NCBI GenBank assembly: GCA_036271855.1
Contig: DATAZV010000384.1
Span: 1 to 48,588, forward strand
Direction of reading: 5' to 3'
DNA: 48,588 nt
Origin: Burkholderiales bacterium
Lineage (GTDB): Bacteria > Pseudomonadota > Gammaproteobacteria > Burkholderiales > JAEUOS01
Position 1 is the stretch's first letter. Every line of letters begins with the position of its first letter. This document shows positions 1 through 9,054 of the stretch, in pieces. Made by a program: the position numbers and the translations under genes. The notes beneath the pieces were generated by a model. That model saw nothing but the letters and a program-made list of their open reading frames with translations, did no database searches and was not told the DNA's origin.

Positions 1-1997
1 ATGAAGGGCTGCGCCAGCGCCTCCTCGACGCTGGCGCAGCCGAGCAGGCGCACGCAGGCCGGGTTGAGCATCACCGCGCGGCCGTCGCAGACCACGCGGA
101 TGGCGTCGGGCGAGGCGTCGAACAGGGCGCGGTAGCGTTCCTCGCTCTGCGCCAGCGCGGCCTCGGCGCGGCGGGTGGAAAAGGCCAGGCACAGGTTGTC
201 GGCCATCTCGCGCAGCAGGCCGGTCAGCTCGTCGTCGAAAAAGCCGGTCTCGGGGGCATACACGCTGAACACGCCGCTGAGTTCGCCGTCGGTGGTCAGG
301 GCGAAGGTGGCGAAGGCGCGCACGCCGATGGCAGCGGCGTCGGCGCGGGTGCGCGCCGCGTCGCTGTCGGTGGCGATGTCGTTGCAGACGTGGTAGGTCA
401 GTTCGCGCGCGGTGCGCGCGGCATTGCTGTCCGGGTGGTCCAGCGGTATCGCGGTCAGGCCGAAATTGCCGCGCAGGGTGCCGTGGCCGCAATACGGCTC
501 GAGCATGCCGCTTTCGGGGTCGAGCATGCGGATGGCGGCCGACAGCAGGTCGCCGTGGGTGGCGGCGATTTCGCACACCGTCTGGCACAGGTCGAGGTGG
601 CCCGGCACCCGCAGGATCGCTTCGTTGGTTTTCGACAGCCCGGCGTACAGGCTGGTGAGCCGGGCGACGCGGCGCTCGGCGGCTTTGCGCGCGGTGAGGT
701 CGTGCAGGATCGCCATCGCCGCCGGCTTGCCTTCGTAATCCACCGGCAGCAGGGCCGACTCGATTTCCACCTGGCTGCCGTCCGGGCGGCGCAGCACCGC
801 TTCGGTCGCCGGCGCCGGCAGGCGCTGCTCGATCACCATGCGCAGGCGCTCGTCGGCCCAGGCGCGGCTCTGGTCGGCGATGCCTTCCCAGGCCGGCTTG
901 CCGATCATCCCCGCGGCGGCGACGCCGAACAGGCGCTCGGCCGCCGGGTTGACCAGCACCACCCGGCCCTCGCAGATGATGCGCACGCCCTGCGGCATGC
1001 GGGCGTAGAGCTGGCCGTAATACTGCTCGCTGCGCGCCAGCGCCGCCTCGGCGCGGCGCTTGGCCAGGGCGGTGGCGAGGTTGTTGGCCATCTCCTCCAG
1101 CAGGGCGGTGAGCTCGGCGTCGAAGAAGCCGGCCTCGGTCGACAGCAGGACGAACACGCCGCTGCACTCGCCGCCGTCGAGCAGCGGAAAAATCGCGCGC
1201 GCGCGCATCCCCAGCTGGCGCGCCTCGGCGGCGGCGTTGCCCCAGTCGCCTTCGTCGATATCGTTGCGCACCTGCGCGCGCTGCTCGCGCAGCACCCGCA
1301 CGGCGGCGCTGCCGGGGTCGTCCAGGCGCGCCGGCACCACGCCGATGCGCCCCAGCTGCACGCCGGCGGCGCCCAGCACATCGAGGGCGCCGTGCTCGCC
1401 GTCGAGCCGGCGCACGATGGCGCTGGTCACCCCTTCCTGCTCGACGGCAATGGCGCACACCGCCTGCGCCAGCGCGGCCGGGTCGGCGATGCGGAAAATC
1501 GCTTCGTTGGTGCGCGACTGCGCCAGGCGCAAGTTGGAAAGACGCTCCACGCGCTTGGCGGCGCCGCGCTCGCGGGTCAGGTCGCGCATGATCGAAAGCA
1601 CCGCCGGCCGGCCCTGGTAATCGATCGGCAAGGTGGTGCTCTCGACCACCACCCGGCTGCCGTCGCGGCGCAGCAGGGTGAGCACCAGCGGCGGCTGCGC
1701 CGCCCGCTCCTCGACCACCCGGCGCACCAGCTCGCGCGCCCGCAGCAAGTCCGCCGGGTCGACATGCGGTCCGCTCCAGTGGTTGAGCAGCGCGTCGGCG
1801 CTGGCGTAGCCGAACAGGCGCACGCAGGCCGGGTTGGCCAGCACCACCTTGGAATCGCACAGCACCAGCACCGCCTCCGGATTGGCATCGAACAGGCTGC
1901 GGTAGCAGGCTTCGCTTTGCGCCAGCTCGTCGCGCGCGGCCGCCTGCGCCGCGCGGCTGTCTTCGGCGGAGAGGGGCGCCATCTTGCGCTCAGGCAT
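1..1997 (-). CDS. Multidomain PAS/GAF sensory protein, N-terminal ~665 aa (3' end lies beyond the left window edge)
   Basis: Absent from the ORF track because it runs off the edge. My reverse-complement translation from ATG at 1997 (alternative ATG at 1982) stays open to position 1: MPERKMAPLSAEDSRAAQ... PAS-like blocks (YRSLFDANPEAVLVL, YYGQLYARMPQGVRII, RYRALFDASPDAIRVV) alternate with GAF-like blocks. The 643-aa plus-strand ORF 390..2321 is its antisense shadow. Confidence 0.8.
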   Translation of the reverse strand, partial: MPERKMAPLSAEDSRAAQAAARDELAQSEACYRSLFDANPEAVLVLCDSKVVLANPACVRLFGYASADALLNHWSGPHVDPADLLRARELVRRVVEERAAQPPLVLTLLRRDGSRVVVESTTLPIDYQGRPAVLSIMRDLTRERGAAKRVERLSNLRLAQSRTNEAIFRIADPAALAQAVCAIAVEQEGVTSAIVRRLDGEHGALDVLGAAGVQLGRIGVVPARLDDPGSAAVRVLREQRAQVRNDIDEGDWGNAAAEARQLGMRARAIFPLLDGGECSGVFVLLSTEAGFFDAELTALLEEMANNLATALAKRRAEAALARSEQYYGQLYARMPQGVRIICEGRVVLVNPAAERLFGVAAAGMIGKPAWEGIADQSRAWADERLRMVIEQRLPAPATEAVLRRPDGSQVEIESALLPVDYEGKPAAMAILHDLTARKAAERRVARLTSLYAGLSKTNEAILRVPGHLDLCQTVCEIAATHGDLLSAAIRMLDPESGMLEPYCGHGTLRGNFGLTAIPLDHPDSNAARTARELTYHVCNDIATDSDAARTRADAAAIGVRAFATFALTTDGELSGVFSVYAPETGFFDDELTGLLREMADNLCLAFSTRRAEAALAQSEERYRALFDASPDAIRVVCDGRAVMLNPACVRLLGCASVEEALAQPF

Positions 1998-2384
1998 GGC
2001 GCGCGGCCCGGACGTGCGCCCGCTTGCAGTGCCTGCCCGCGGGCAGACGCCGCGCAGGCACTGCAAGCGGGCGGGTCGTCATCGTCGTTCGAACTTTCTG
2101 GCAGTCCACGGCGCTGCGCCGGAAGGCGTTTTCATGGCGCCGGGGATGAATATCCTACCCCCGGCGCCCGCAGGGCGTGTGACGCTTGGGCCAAGCGCCA
2201 AGCGCGTCCATCCAGTATGCGCCCGGCGCCGCCGCGGCAGGCCGCGAACAAGCGGGCATTCCACCGCCCTTTTTGGTCTCGCCGCGCACGGGACAGGCGC
2301 GCGCGCCGCGCTTGCCGGTAGCGGCGCCTATCGGTCAGAATGCCGCCATGCCGCGGCCGCCCGCGGCTCCACCAGGAGAACCCC

Positions 2385-2759
2385 ATGCACGAAGTCCCGG
2401 CCGGCCCCGGCATTCCCCAGGCCTTCGGCCCCTACTCGCAGGTGGTGAAGGCGGGCAACCTGCTGTTCGTCTCCGGCCAGGGCGGCCTGGACCCGGTCAC
2501 CCGCAAACTCGCCGGCACCGACTTCGCCGCCCAGGCGCGCCAGGCCTTCACCAACCTCGCCAACATTTTGCGCGCCGCCGGCAGCGGCCCGGAGCAGGTG
2601 GTCAAGACCACCGTGTTCTTAACCGACGCCGGCGACTTCGCGGTGATGAACGCGCTCTACGCCGAGTTTTTCCCCGACAAGCCGCCGGCGCGCTCGACAC
2701 CGGTGGTGGCGCTGCCGAAGGACCTGCTGATTTCGGTGGAGTGTATTGCGATGGTGTGA
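2385..2759 (+). CDS. ridA: RidA/YjgF/TdcF-family reactive-intermediate deaminase
   Basis: MHEVPAGPGIPQAFGPYSQVVKAGNLLFVSGQGGLDP...KTTVFLTD...ARSTPVVALPKDLLISVECIAMV is a typical RidA-family sequence. ATG at 2385 is preceded by AGGAGA; the track start at 2340 looks like an over-extension. Confidence 0.9.
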   Translation: MHEVPAGPGIPQAFGPYSQVVKAGNLLFVSGQGGLDPVTRKLAGTDFAAQARQAFTNLANILRAAGSGPEQVVKTTVFLTDAGDFAVMNALYAEFFPDKPPARSTPVVALPKDLLISVECIAMV

Positions 2760-2783
2760 AGCCGCGCGGTTTGCCGATAGCAT

Positions 2784-2811
2784 CACTCCGACCCCGATTT
2801 TTTCCGGAGTG
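2784..2811. repeat. REP-like hairpin (cactccg-N14-cggagtg with a gaccccga core)
   Basis: 7-bp inverted repeat just downstream of ridA. It shares the actccgaccccRa core with the elements at 44325-44517 and the tcggggtc/gaccccga arms at 16917-17001. No T-run follows it. Confidence 0.5.
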
Positions 2812-2903
2812 CGCGCAGCAGCGTTGGCGCGGGGATATTTCCCGCGCAACACTGGTCAGACCATCATCCAGCTACAAACGCGCCGGGTCCCGGCGCAATA
2901 ACA

Positions 2904-4328
2904 ATGACCCCCGCCGAACGCAAAACCCTGTTCCTTTCCGGGCCGATTCCCCGCGCCATGCTGACGCTGGCGATCCCGATCATCCTCGGCAACCTGCTGC
3001 AGACCGGCTATCAATTGACCGACGCGTTCTGGGTCGGGCGCCTCGGCGCGGCGGCGGTGGCGGCGGTGTCGGTGAGCTTTCCGGTGACTTTCCTGGTGAT
3101 CGCGCTGGGGGCCGGCCTGGCGATGGCGGGGGCGACGCTCTCGGCGCAGTACATGGGCGCCGGGCGCCAGGACATGGTGAACCACGTGGCGGCGCAGACC
3201 ATGCTGATGGTGGTCCTCACTTCGGTGCTGCTGGGCGGGCTGGGCTATGCGCTGGCGCCGGCGCTGCTGCGCCTGCTGGGAGTGGCGCAAGACGTCTACG
3301 ACGGGGCGCTGGGTTTTTTGCGGGTGTCTTTTGTCGGCATCATCTTCGTCTTCGGCTACGCCATGTTCCAGGCGCTGATGCGCGGCGTCGGGCAGACGCG
3401 CATTCCGCTGTACATCGTGCTGGGCACAGTGGTGCTCAATTTCGCGCTCGACCCGCTGTTCATTTTCGGCTGGGGGCCGCTGCCGGGACAAGGGGTGATG
3501 GGCGCGGCGCTGGCGACGCTGGTCACGCAGGCGCTGGCGGCGGCGATCGGCATCGCCGTGCTGCTGCGCGGGCGCCACGGCATCCAGGTGCAGTGGAAGA
3601 ATTTCAGGCCCGATCCGCCCTACCTCAAGCGCGCCTTCTTCTTAGGCTTTCCCGGCTCGGTGGAGCTTTCCACCCGCGGCCTCGGCCTGGTGGTGATGTC
3701 GTTTCTCGTCGCCAGCTTCGGCACGCTGACGATTGCCGCCTACGGCGTCGGCTCCAACGTGATCCAGGTGATCACCATCCCGGCGATGGGCTTGTCGCAG
3801 GCCGTCTCCACCCTGGTCGGGCAGAACATCGGCGCCGGCAACCTCGGGCGTGCCGAGCGCATCACCTGGCTGGGCACCTTAACCGGCTTCGCCGTGCTCA
3901 GCGGCGTGGGCGTGATCGCCTATCCGGCGGCGCCGTGGATCGTCGCGTTTTTCGTCCCCGGCGATGCCGACGTGATCAGGCACGGCGCGCAGTTCATCCG
4001 CATCATGTGCCTGGCCTGGGGCGGCATCGGCGTGCAGCTATGCGTGGTGGCGGCCTTTCGCGCTTCCGGCAACATGCTCTCGGCGATGGTGATCGCGCTG
4101 GTCTCGCAATGGATGATCCAGTTTCCGCTGGCCTACGTGCTGTCCAGGCAGACGGCGCTGGGTGCCGAAGGGCTGTGGTGGTCGTTCCCGGTGACCAACG
4201 TCGCGGTGGCCCTGGTGTCGATGGCCTGGTTCGCCCGCGGCGGCTGGAAAAAGACGCGCCTCACCGAAGAAGACGAAGAGGTGGCGAAGGTGACGCAGGA
4301 GGTGATGATCGAGGAAGGCGGACGCTGA
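2904..4328 (+). CDS. MATE-family multidrug/toxic-compound efflux transporter
   Basis: 474 aa with about 12 hydrophobic segments. The N-terminus (PRAMLTLAIPIILGNLLQTGYQLTDAFWVGRLG) and the second half (AYGVGSNVIQVITIPAMGLSQAVSTLVGQNIGAG) are characteristic of MatE repeats. Confidence 0.9.
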   Translation: MTPAERKTLFLSGPIPRAMLTLAIPIILGNLLQTGYQLTDAFWVGRLGAAAVAAVSVSFPVTFLVIALGAGLAMAGATLSAQYMGAGRQDMVNHVAAQTMLMVVLTSVLLGGLGYALAPALLRLLGVAQDVYDGALGFLRVSFVGIIFVFGYAMFQALMRGVGQTRIPLYIVLGTVVLNFALDPLFIFGWGPLPGQGVMGAALATLVTQALAAAIGIAVLLRGRHGIQVQWKNFRPDPPYLKRAFFLGFPGSVELSTRGLGLVVMSFLVASFGTLTIAAYGVGSNVIQVITIPAMGLSQAVSTLVGQNIGAGNLGRAERITWLGTLTGFAVLSGVGVIAYPAAPWIVAFFVPGDADVIRHGAQFIRIMCLAWGGIGVQLCVVAAFRASGNMLSAMVIALVSQWMIQFPLAYVLSRQTALGAEGLWWSFPVTNVAVALVSMAWFARGGWKKTRLTEEDEEVAKVTQEVMIEEGGR

Positions 4329-4373
4329 GGCGGCGGGCTTGCGATGCCCGGCCAATACCGGGTCTGGTCCGGA

Positions 4374-4766
4374 CTAATCCTCGTGCCTGCCGTATCCCAT
4401 GCTCGCCAGCATGCGCCGCAGCAGGATCGCCAGCCCCATCACCGGAAAGCCGTAGCCCGGGGTCTTGAGCGTGCAACGATGGCTAGGGCCGAACAGGGTG
4501 AACAGGTCGTCCACCCCGCAGCCGGTAAGCCACGCCAACAGCAGGCACGCCGCGCCGATGCAAAAGAAAATCGACACCTGGACATCGCCGATTTCCTCCA
4601 TGTCCAGGCCGAGCAGCGCCCAGACGAACACCGCCGCCGTCGTCAGGTTGAAAAAAATCGTGCGCGAACTGCTGGCGGGCGGCTGATAGTCGACGCCGAA
4701 CATCTTCATCAGCGCGTAGCAAAACAGCCCGCCGACGATAAAGATGAAAACGACATTGCGCGGCAT
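4374..4766 (-). CDS. Small integral membrane protein, function unknown (~130 aa, ~4 TM)
   Basis: ATG at 4766 preceded by GGGAGA. MPRNVVFIFIVGGLFCYALMKMF... has four hydrophobic stretches. The track ORF extends upstream to 4952 through an Arg/Ala-rich, non-coding-looking segment. Confidence 0.55.
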   Translation of the reverse strand: MPRNVVFIFIVGGLFCYALMKMFGVDYQPPASSSRTIFFNLTTAAVFVWALLGLDMEEIGDVQVSIFFCIGAACLLLAWLTGCGVDDLFTLFGPSHRCTLKTPGYGFPVMGLAILLRRMLASMGYGRHED

Positions 4767-4906
4767 TCGCGTCTCCCGCGGCCGCGCATGGATAACCGCG
4801 CATGCAGGGTGGCCGCATTGGTTCTTGCGTCCAATCTTACACGCTGCGGCGGTGGCATGCCCGCCGCGCCGCCGGGTGGAAAGCCAGGAGCAGCGCCGGC
4901 GCGGCC

Positions 4907-5683
4907 CTAATGCGCCTGCCGTGCCGCGCGCTGCGGAAACACCACGATGCACAGCACGATGAAGGCCAGCAGCAAGGCGGTGGCGGTGTAGCGGCTGAAG
5001 GCCAGGCCGCCGTTGGCCAGCGGCTTGTCGAGCAGGTCGCCGAGCACTGCGCCCAGTGGGCGGGTGAGCACGAAGGCGAGCCAGAACAGCAGGGTGCGCG
5101 ACAGGCGGGTCCAGAAATAGGCGGCGGCCACCAGCGCCAGCAGGCTGCCGAAGACGATGATGCCCCCGCCATAGCCCATGCCCTGGGTATCGGCGGTCCA
5201 GTCGCCAAGCGCCGTGCCGAGCGTCTGCGAGAACATGATGGTGACCCAGTAGAACATCTCGGCGCGCGGCGTGCTGACGCTGGCCACCGAAATGCTGCCC
5301 AGGGTGCGGTGCCAGAAAAACAGCGAGGCCGCCAGCAGCGCCAGCAGCAGCGCCGAGCCGCCGGCGTAGCCGATGCCCAGCGAGCGGTCGGCGAAGTCCG
5401 CCAGGGTGGTGCCCACCGTGGTGGAGGCGAGGATGGTGGTCCAGTAGAGCAGCGGGTGAAAGCGCCTGGCGGCGATTTGCGCGCCGACGGCGACAAAAAA
5501 GAACACCGCGAAAATCGCGGTGGAGAGCAGGTAACCGAGGTTGAGCGACATCGACAGCGCGTCGCCGCCGGTCTCGCCCAGGGTGGTGGCGGCGATCTTG
5601 ATCAGCCAGAACAGCCAGGTGACTTCGGGGACTTTGCTGACGCGGACGGAGTCGGAGTCGGAGTCGGAGTCAAAGTCGGTCAT
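4907..5683 (-). CDS. Conserved integral membrane protein with internal duplication (COG4705-like, from memory)
   Basis: Start at MTDFDSDSDSDS (ATG at 5683). The blocks WLFWLIKIAATTLGETGGDALS and FYWVTIMFSQTLGTALGDWTAD look like two copies of one membrane module. G/C third-position bias is high. Confidence 0.7.
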   Translation of the reverse strand: MTDFDSDSDSDSVRVSKVPEVTWLFWLIKIAATTLGETGGDALSMSLNLGYLLSTAIFAVFFFVAVGAQIAARRFHPLLYWTTILASTTVGTTLADFADRSLGIGYAGGSALLLALLAASLFFWHRTLGSISVASVSTPRAEMFYWVTIMFSQTLGTALGDWTADTQGMGYGGGIIVFGSLLALVAAAYFWTRLSRTLLFWLAFVLTRPLGAVLGDLLDKPLANGGLAFSRYTATALLLAFIVLCIVVFPQRAARQAH

Positions 5684-5768
5684 CTGCGGCTTTCTTTCAG
5701 CGCCGCGCGGGCGGCGCGGCAAATCCGTAGACCGCCCGCGCCCGGTTTGGTTCTGCGCCGCAGCGGGG

Positions 5769-6278
5769 CTAGCTGTTGGCGGCGATGCGCACTTCACCTT
5801 CGCGGCCGAGATTGGGGCGGGTGCCGGTGCTCATTGCCTTGGCCATTTCGTAGAGCTGGGTCAGCTTGTTTTCCTTCACATCCCAGAAGTGCGCGTGGGT
5901 GATGCGCACGCACAGCAGGGCGAGGTCGGGGTCGCCCACGCCGCCGGGGAAGTAGGCCAGCGCCATGCTGCTCCACAACTCTTGCTTTTTCGCCGGGTTG
6001 TCGACGATGGCGCCGGTGCCGGAGACCGAAACATAGCTGTCCTTGCCCGGATGGGCGTAGGCCAGGTTGACCTGGCCTTGCGCCGCCAGGTCGGTGACCG
6101 GCTCGCTGCCGCGCGAGACGAAAAACCAGAGCGCGTCGTCATGGTCGATCGCCTTGTTGAGCGTGGTCACCGGGCGCGAATGCAGGTGGCCGTTGGCATG
6201 CCTGGTGGTGAGCATGGCGTACTTGATGTCCTTGATCAGTTCCCAGAGGGTGTCGCGGGGGCTGGTGCTGGAGGTCAT
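5769..6278 (-). CDS. Pyridoxamine 5'-phosphate oxidase-like / general stress protein 26 family
   Basis: 169 aa. LWELIKDIKYAMLTTRHANGHLHSRPV...DDALWFFVSRGSEPV...VNLAYAHPGKDSYVSVSG...ELWS is typical of the PNPOx-like FMN-binding split-barrel stress proteins. Confidence 0.85.
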   Translation of the reverse strand: MTSSTSPRDTLWELIKDIKYAMLTTRHANGHLHSRPVTTLNKAIDHDDALWFFVSRGSEPVTDLAAQGQVNLAYAHPGKDSYVSVSGTGAIVDNPAKKQELWSSMALAYFPGGVGDPDLALLCVRITHAHFWDVKENKLTQLYEMAKAMSTGTRPNLGREGEVRIAANS

Positions 6279-6440
6279 GGGGGGGTCCTTGGGGTGAGGG
6301 CGCCGGCGGCGGTGAGCACGGCGGCGCGAGTGAGCTAATGCGGCCGCCGCGCCGGGCTTGCGTCGGGCGCGGCGGATGATGGCCGTGGCGTGCTGTCCGC
6401 AACGCGGCGCACCGCAACCGCGGCACGCCGCGCGGCGTCC

Positions 6441-6818
6441 TTACTTGGTCATCGCGGCCGGGCCGGTGGTGGTGGTGGCCGCGCTGCCGCTGCCGGCGGC
6501 GCCGGCGCCGGTGGTGCCGCTGCTGGCGCTGCCGGTGGTCTGCTTGGCGTTGCCGGTGCTGTCGGATTTTTGCATGCTGCTCATCTTCGACTTTTTCGCC
6601 TTTTTCATTTTCGGCGCCTTGGCCGGCTTGCTCATGCTGCTGTCGGTGCTGGCGCTGCCGGTGTTGCTGGCGGCCGAGCCGCCGCTGGTGCCGGTGGTGC
6701 CGCTGCTGGTGCTGCCCTGGGTGTTGGTGCCGGTGCCGGCGGCGTTTTGCGCGTACACCGGCGCGGCCAGGGCGAGGGCGAGGATCGGCAGGCCGATCAG
6801 GGAAAGGCGGGTTTTCAT
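6441..6818 (-). CDS. Secreted low-complexity Ser/Thr/Gly-rich protein with a Lys-rich centre (~125 aa)
   Basis: ATG at 6818 preceded by AAGGAGA. The signal peptide MKTRLSLIGLPILALALAAPVYA|QN is followed by GTGTNTQGSTSSGTTGTSGG...KPAKAPKMKKAKKSKMSSMQK...SGTTGAGAAGSGSAATTTTGPAAMTK. The 371-aa track ORF is an upstream over-extension. Confidence 0.7.
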   Translation of the reverse strand: MKTRLSLIGLPILALALAAPVYAQNAAGTGTNTQGSTSSGTTGTSGGSAASNTGSASTDSSMSKPAKAPKMKKAKKSKMSSMQKSDSTGNAKQTTGSASSGTTGAGAAGSGSAATTTTGPAAMTK

Positions 6819-7007
6819 CGGATGTCTCCTTGGGGTCAGTGTCATGGATAGGCACGCCGCCGTGCACGGGCGCGGGCCATGCAAGCACAATGGACGCGCC
6901 GGCCGGCGGCGTCTGTGGGAGAGGCGGCGAAAGCGCTGTAGGAAGCAGCCGACGCCGCCGCGCCGCCTTGCGTTACCATCGCGGCCTGCCCATTTATTCG
7001 AGACAAA

Positions 7008-7979
7008 ATGCGCCTGCTCCTGCTTCGCGCCGCCGCCCTGTTGTGCGCCGCCTTCGCCCTTTGCGTTTCGCTTGCCGCCGCCGCCCAGGAGTTTCCCAAG
7101 GGGCCGGTGAAAATCATCGTGCCCTTCCCGCCCGGCGGGCCGACGGACACGGTGGCGCGCCTGATCGGGCAAAAGCTCGAAGGCTACTGGGGCCAGCCGG
7201 TGATCATCGACTACAAGCCCGGCGCCGGCACGGTGATCGGCGTCGACTTCGTCGCCAAGAGTACGCCCGATGGTTACACCATGGTGATGGTCAACTCCGC
7301 CTTCGCGGTGAACCCCTCGCTGCGCAAGAGCATGCCCTACAACACGCTGAAAGACCTGGCGGGCGTCAGCCATATCGCCGACTTGCAGCTGGCCATCGTC
7401 GCGCGCAACGACGCGCCCTTCAATACCCTGGCCGAGATGATCGCCTACGGCAAGAAGAACCCCGGCAAGCTCACCTACGGCACCCCCGGCGCGGGCAGCA
7501 CCACGCACCTCGGCGCCGAGCTGCTCAAGCGCACCGCCGGCTTCGACATGCTGCACTCGCCCTTCAAGGGCAGCGCCCCGGCGCAGACCGAGCTGATGGG
7601 CGGGCGCATCGATTTGCTGTTCGACCCCTATCTCTCGGTGCAGCCCTATGTGAAGGCCGGGCGGATGAAAATGATCGCCACCGAGGGCCTGAAGCGCATT
7701 CCCGGCGCCGACTACCCGACGGTGGCCGAGACCATCCCCGGCTTCAGCGTGAATGCGCTGCTGGCCTTCGAAGCGGCGGCCGGCACGCCCAAGACGATAC
7801 TCAACAAGATCGCCGCCGACACCGCGCGCGCATTGAACGAGCCGGATTTGAAAAAGCGTGTCGAGGACTTAGGGATGACTAGCGTCGGCTCGACGCCGGA
7901 GCAGCTCGATGCCTACATCGTCAGCGAGATCAAGCGCTGGGCGAAAGTGGTGGCGGATGCGAATATTCAGCCGGAGTAA
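7008..7979 (+). CDS. Bug-family (TctC-like) tripartite tricarboxylate transporter substrate-binding protein
   Basis: Signal peptide followed by FPKGPVKIIVPFPPGGPTDTVARL...KPGAGTVIGVDFVAKSTPDGYT...LTYGTPGAGSTTHLGAELL...HSPFKGSAPAQTELMGGRID, the hallmark motifs of the Bug family. No TctA/TctB genes are adjacent. Confidence 0.95.
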   Translation: MRLLLLRAAALLCAAFALCVSLAAAAQEFPKGPVKIIVPFPPGGPTDTVARLIGQKLEGYWGQPVIIDYKPGAGTVIGVDFVAKSTPDGYTMVMVNSAFAVNPSLRKSMPYNTLKDLAGVSHIADLQLAIVARNDAPFNTLAEMIAYGKKNPGKLTYGTPGAGSTTHLGAELLKRTAGFDMLHSPFKGSAPAQTELMGGRIDLLFDPYLSVQPYVKAGRMKMIATEGLKRIPGADYPTVAETIPGFSVNALLAFEAAAGTPKTILNKIAADTARALNEPDLKKRVEDLGMTSVGSTPEQLDAYIVSEIKRWAKVVADANIQPE

Positions 7980-8053
7980 AGTGCGGGTGTCACGCCTGCG
8001 CTTACGCGAGCTTGTTGATGCTGTTCATGTATTGCGCCGCAATTCCCTCCACC

Positions 8054-8130
8054 GTTCGCCCTGAGCCTGTCGAAGGGTGTGTGCCCCACTTGGGCAGCGC
8101 ACGGCGCCCTTCGACAGGCTCAGGACGAAC
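8054..8130. repeat. Palindromic REP-type intergenic element (gttcgccctgagcctgtcgaaggg ... cccttcgacaggctcaggacgaac)
   Basis: 24-bp inverted arms with one mismatch, separated by 29 bp. The arm sequence is the widespread element that yields spurious LSLSKG / PFDRLRTNG peptides in ORF calls. Confidence 0.8.
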
Positions 8131-8175
8131 GGGAGGAGTGCGGATAGTTCCACTTCATCCCGGCAGAAAAAACTT

Positions 8176-9054
8176 ATGCCCTTGACCCTCCATCCCCTGC
8201 ACCCCCTGTTCGCCGCCGAAGCCTCCGGCGTCGACCTTACGCAACCCATCAGCGAAGAAGAGCGCAAGCAGATCAACGCCGCGATGAACAAGTACGCCGT
8301 GCTGGTGTGGCGCAAGCAGCCGCTTACCGAAGCGCAGCAGGTCGCCTTCGCCACCTCCTTCGGCCCGCTGGACGTGGGCCTGAAAAAACTCTTCAAGCGC
8401 CCGGAGCGTTTGTCCGACGAGCGTCTGATCGACATCTCCAACGTCGATGCGCAAGGCAATGTGTCGAAGCGCGACTCGCCGAAAAACCTGTCCAACTTCG
8501 CCAACCAGTTGTGGCACTCCGACAGCTCGTTCCAGAATCCGCGCGCCGCCTACTCCCTGCTGCACGCCGTGGTAATTCCGTCCAGCGGCGGCAATACCGA
8601 GTTCGCCGACCTGCGCGCCGCGTGGGACGCGCTCGATGCCGGCCTGCAGGCCGAATGCGCCACGCTGGAAGCCGAGCACTACGCCCTGCACACGCGCATA
8701 TTGCTGGGTGACGACGCCTATACCGACGAGCAAAAGAAGGCCATCGCGCCCGCCACCTGGCCGCTGATGCACACCCACCCCGGCTCCGGGCGCAAGCTGC
8801 TGTTCGTCGGCGTGCATGCGCGGCAAATCGTCGGCTGGCCGGTGGCCGAGGCGCGCGTCTTCCTCTCCGACCTGCTGGAGCACGCGACGCAGCGCCCCTT
8901 CGTCTTCGCCCACCAGTGGCAGGTCGGCGACACCGTGATGTGGGACAACCGCGCCAGCCTGCATCGCGGGCGGCGCTTTCCGATCAGCGAGCGCCGCGAG
9001 CTGCGCCGGACCACCATCGACTTCACGCCGGAGGCGATGCTGGAGGCGGCGTGA
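8176..9054 (+). CDS. TauD/TfdA-family Fe(II)/2-oxoglutarate-dependent dioxygenase
   Basis: MPLTLHPLHPLFAAEASGVDLTQPIS...QVAFATSFGPLD...WHSDSSF...TEFADLRAAWDAL...MWDNRASLHRGR, with an HxD...H facial-triad context typical of TfdA-like enzymes. ATG at 8176. Confidence 0.9.
   Translation: MPLTLHPLHPLFAAEASGVDLTQPISEEERKQINAAMNKYAVLVWRKQPLTEAQQVAFATSFGPLDVGLKKLFKRPERLSDERLIDISNVDAQGNVSKRDSPKNLSNFANQLWHSDSSFQNPRAAYSLLHAVVIPSSGGNTEFADLRAAWDALDAGLQAECATLEAEHYALHTRILLGDDAYTDEQKKAIAPATWPLMHTHPGSGRKLLFVGVHARQIVGWPVAEARVFLSDLLEHATQRPFVFAHQWQVGDTVMWDNRASLHRGRRFPISERRELRRTTIDFTPEAMLEAA

Noticed and set aside
390-2321. 643-aa plus-strand ORF, plus several nested ORFs at 412-1888
   Set aside because: The composition is Ala/Gly/Arg/His-rich with no recognisable motifs. 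It is the antisense shadow of the PAS/GAF gene, which reads cleanly on the minus strand from 1997.
2186-4468. 760-aa plus-strand ORF spanning the ridA and MATE region
   Set aside because: Out-of-frame read-through of two well-supported genes. The translation is Arg/Pro/Gly-rich low complexity, typical of wrong-frame ORFs in GC-rich DNA.
6819-7556. Upstream two-thirds of the 371-aa minus ORF 6441..7556
   Set aside because: It runs antisense through the Bug-family gene. An internal ATG with a strong SD and signal peptide at 6818 defines the real small gene.
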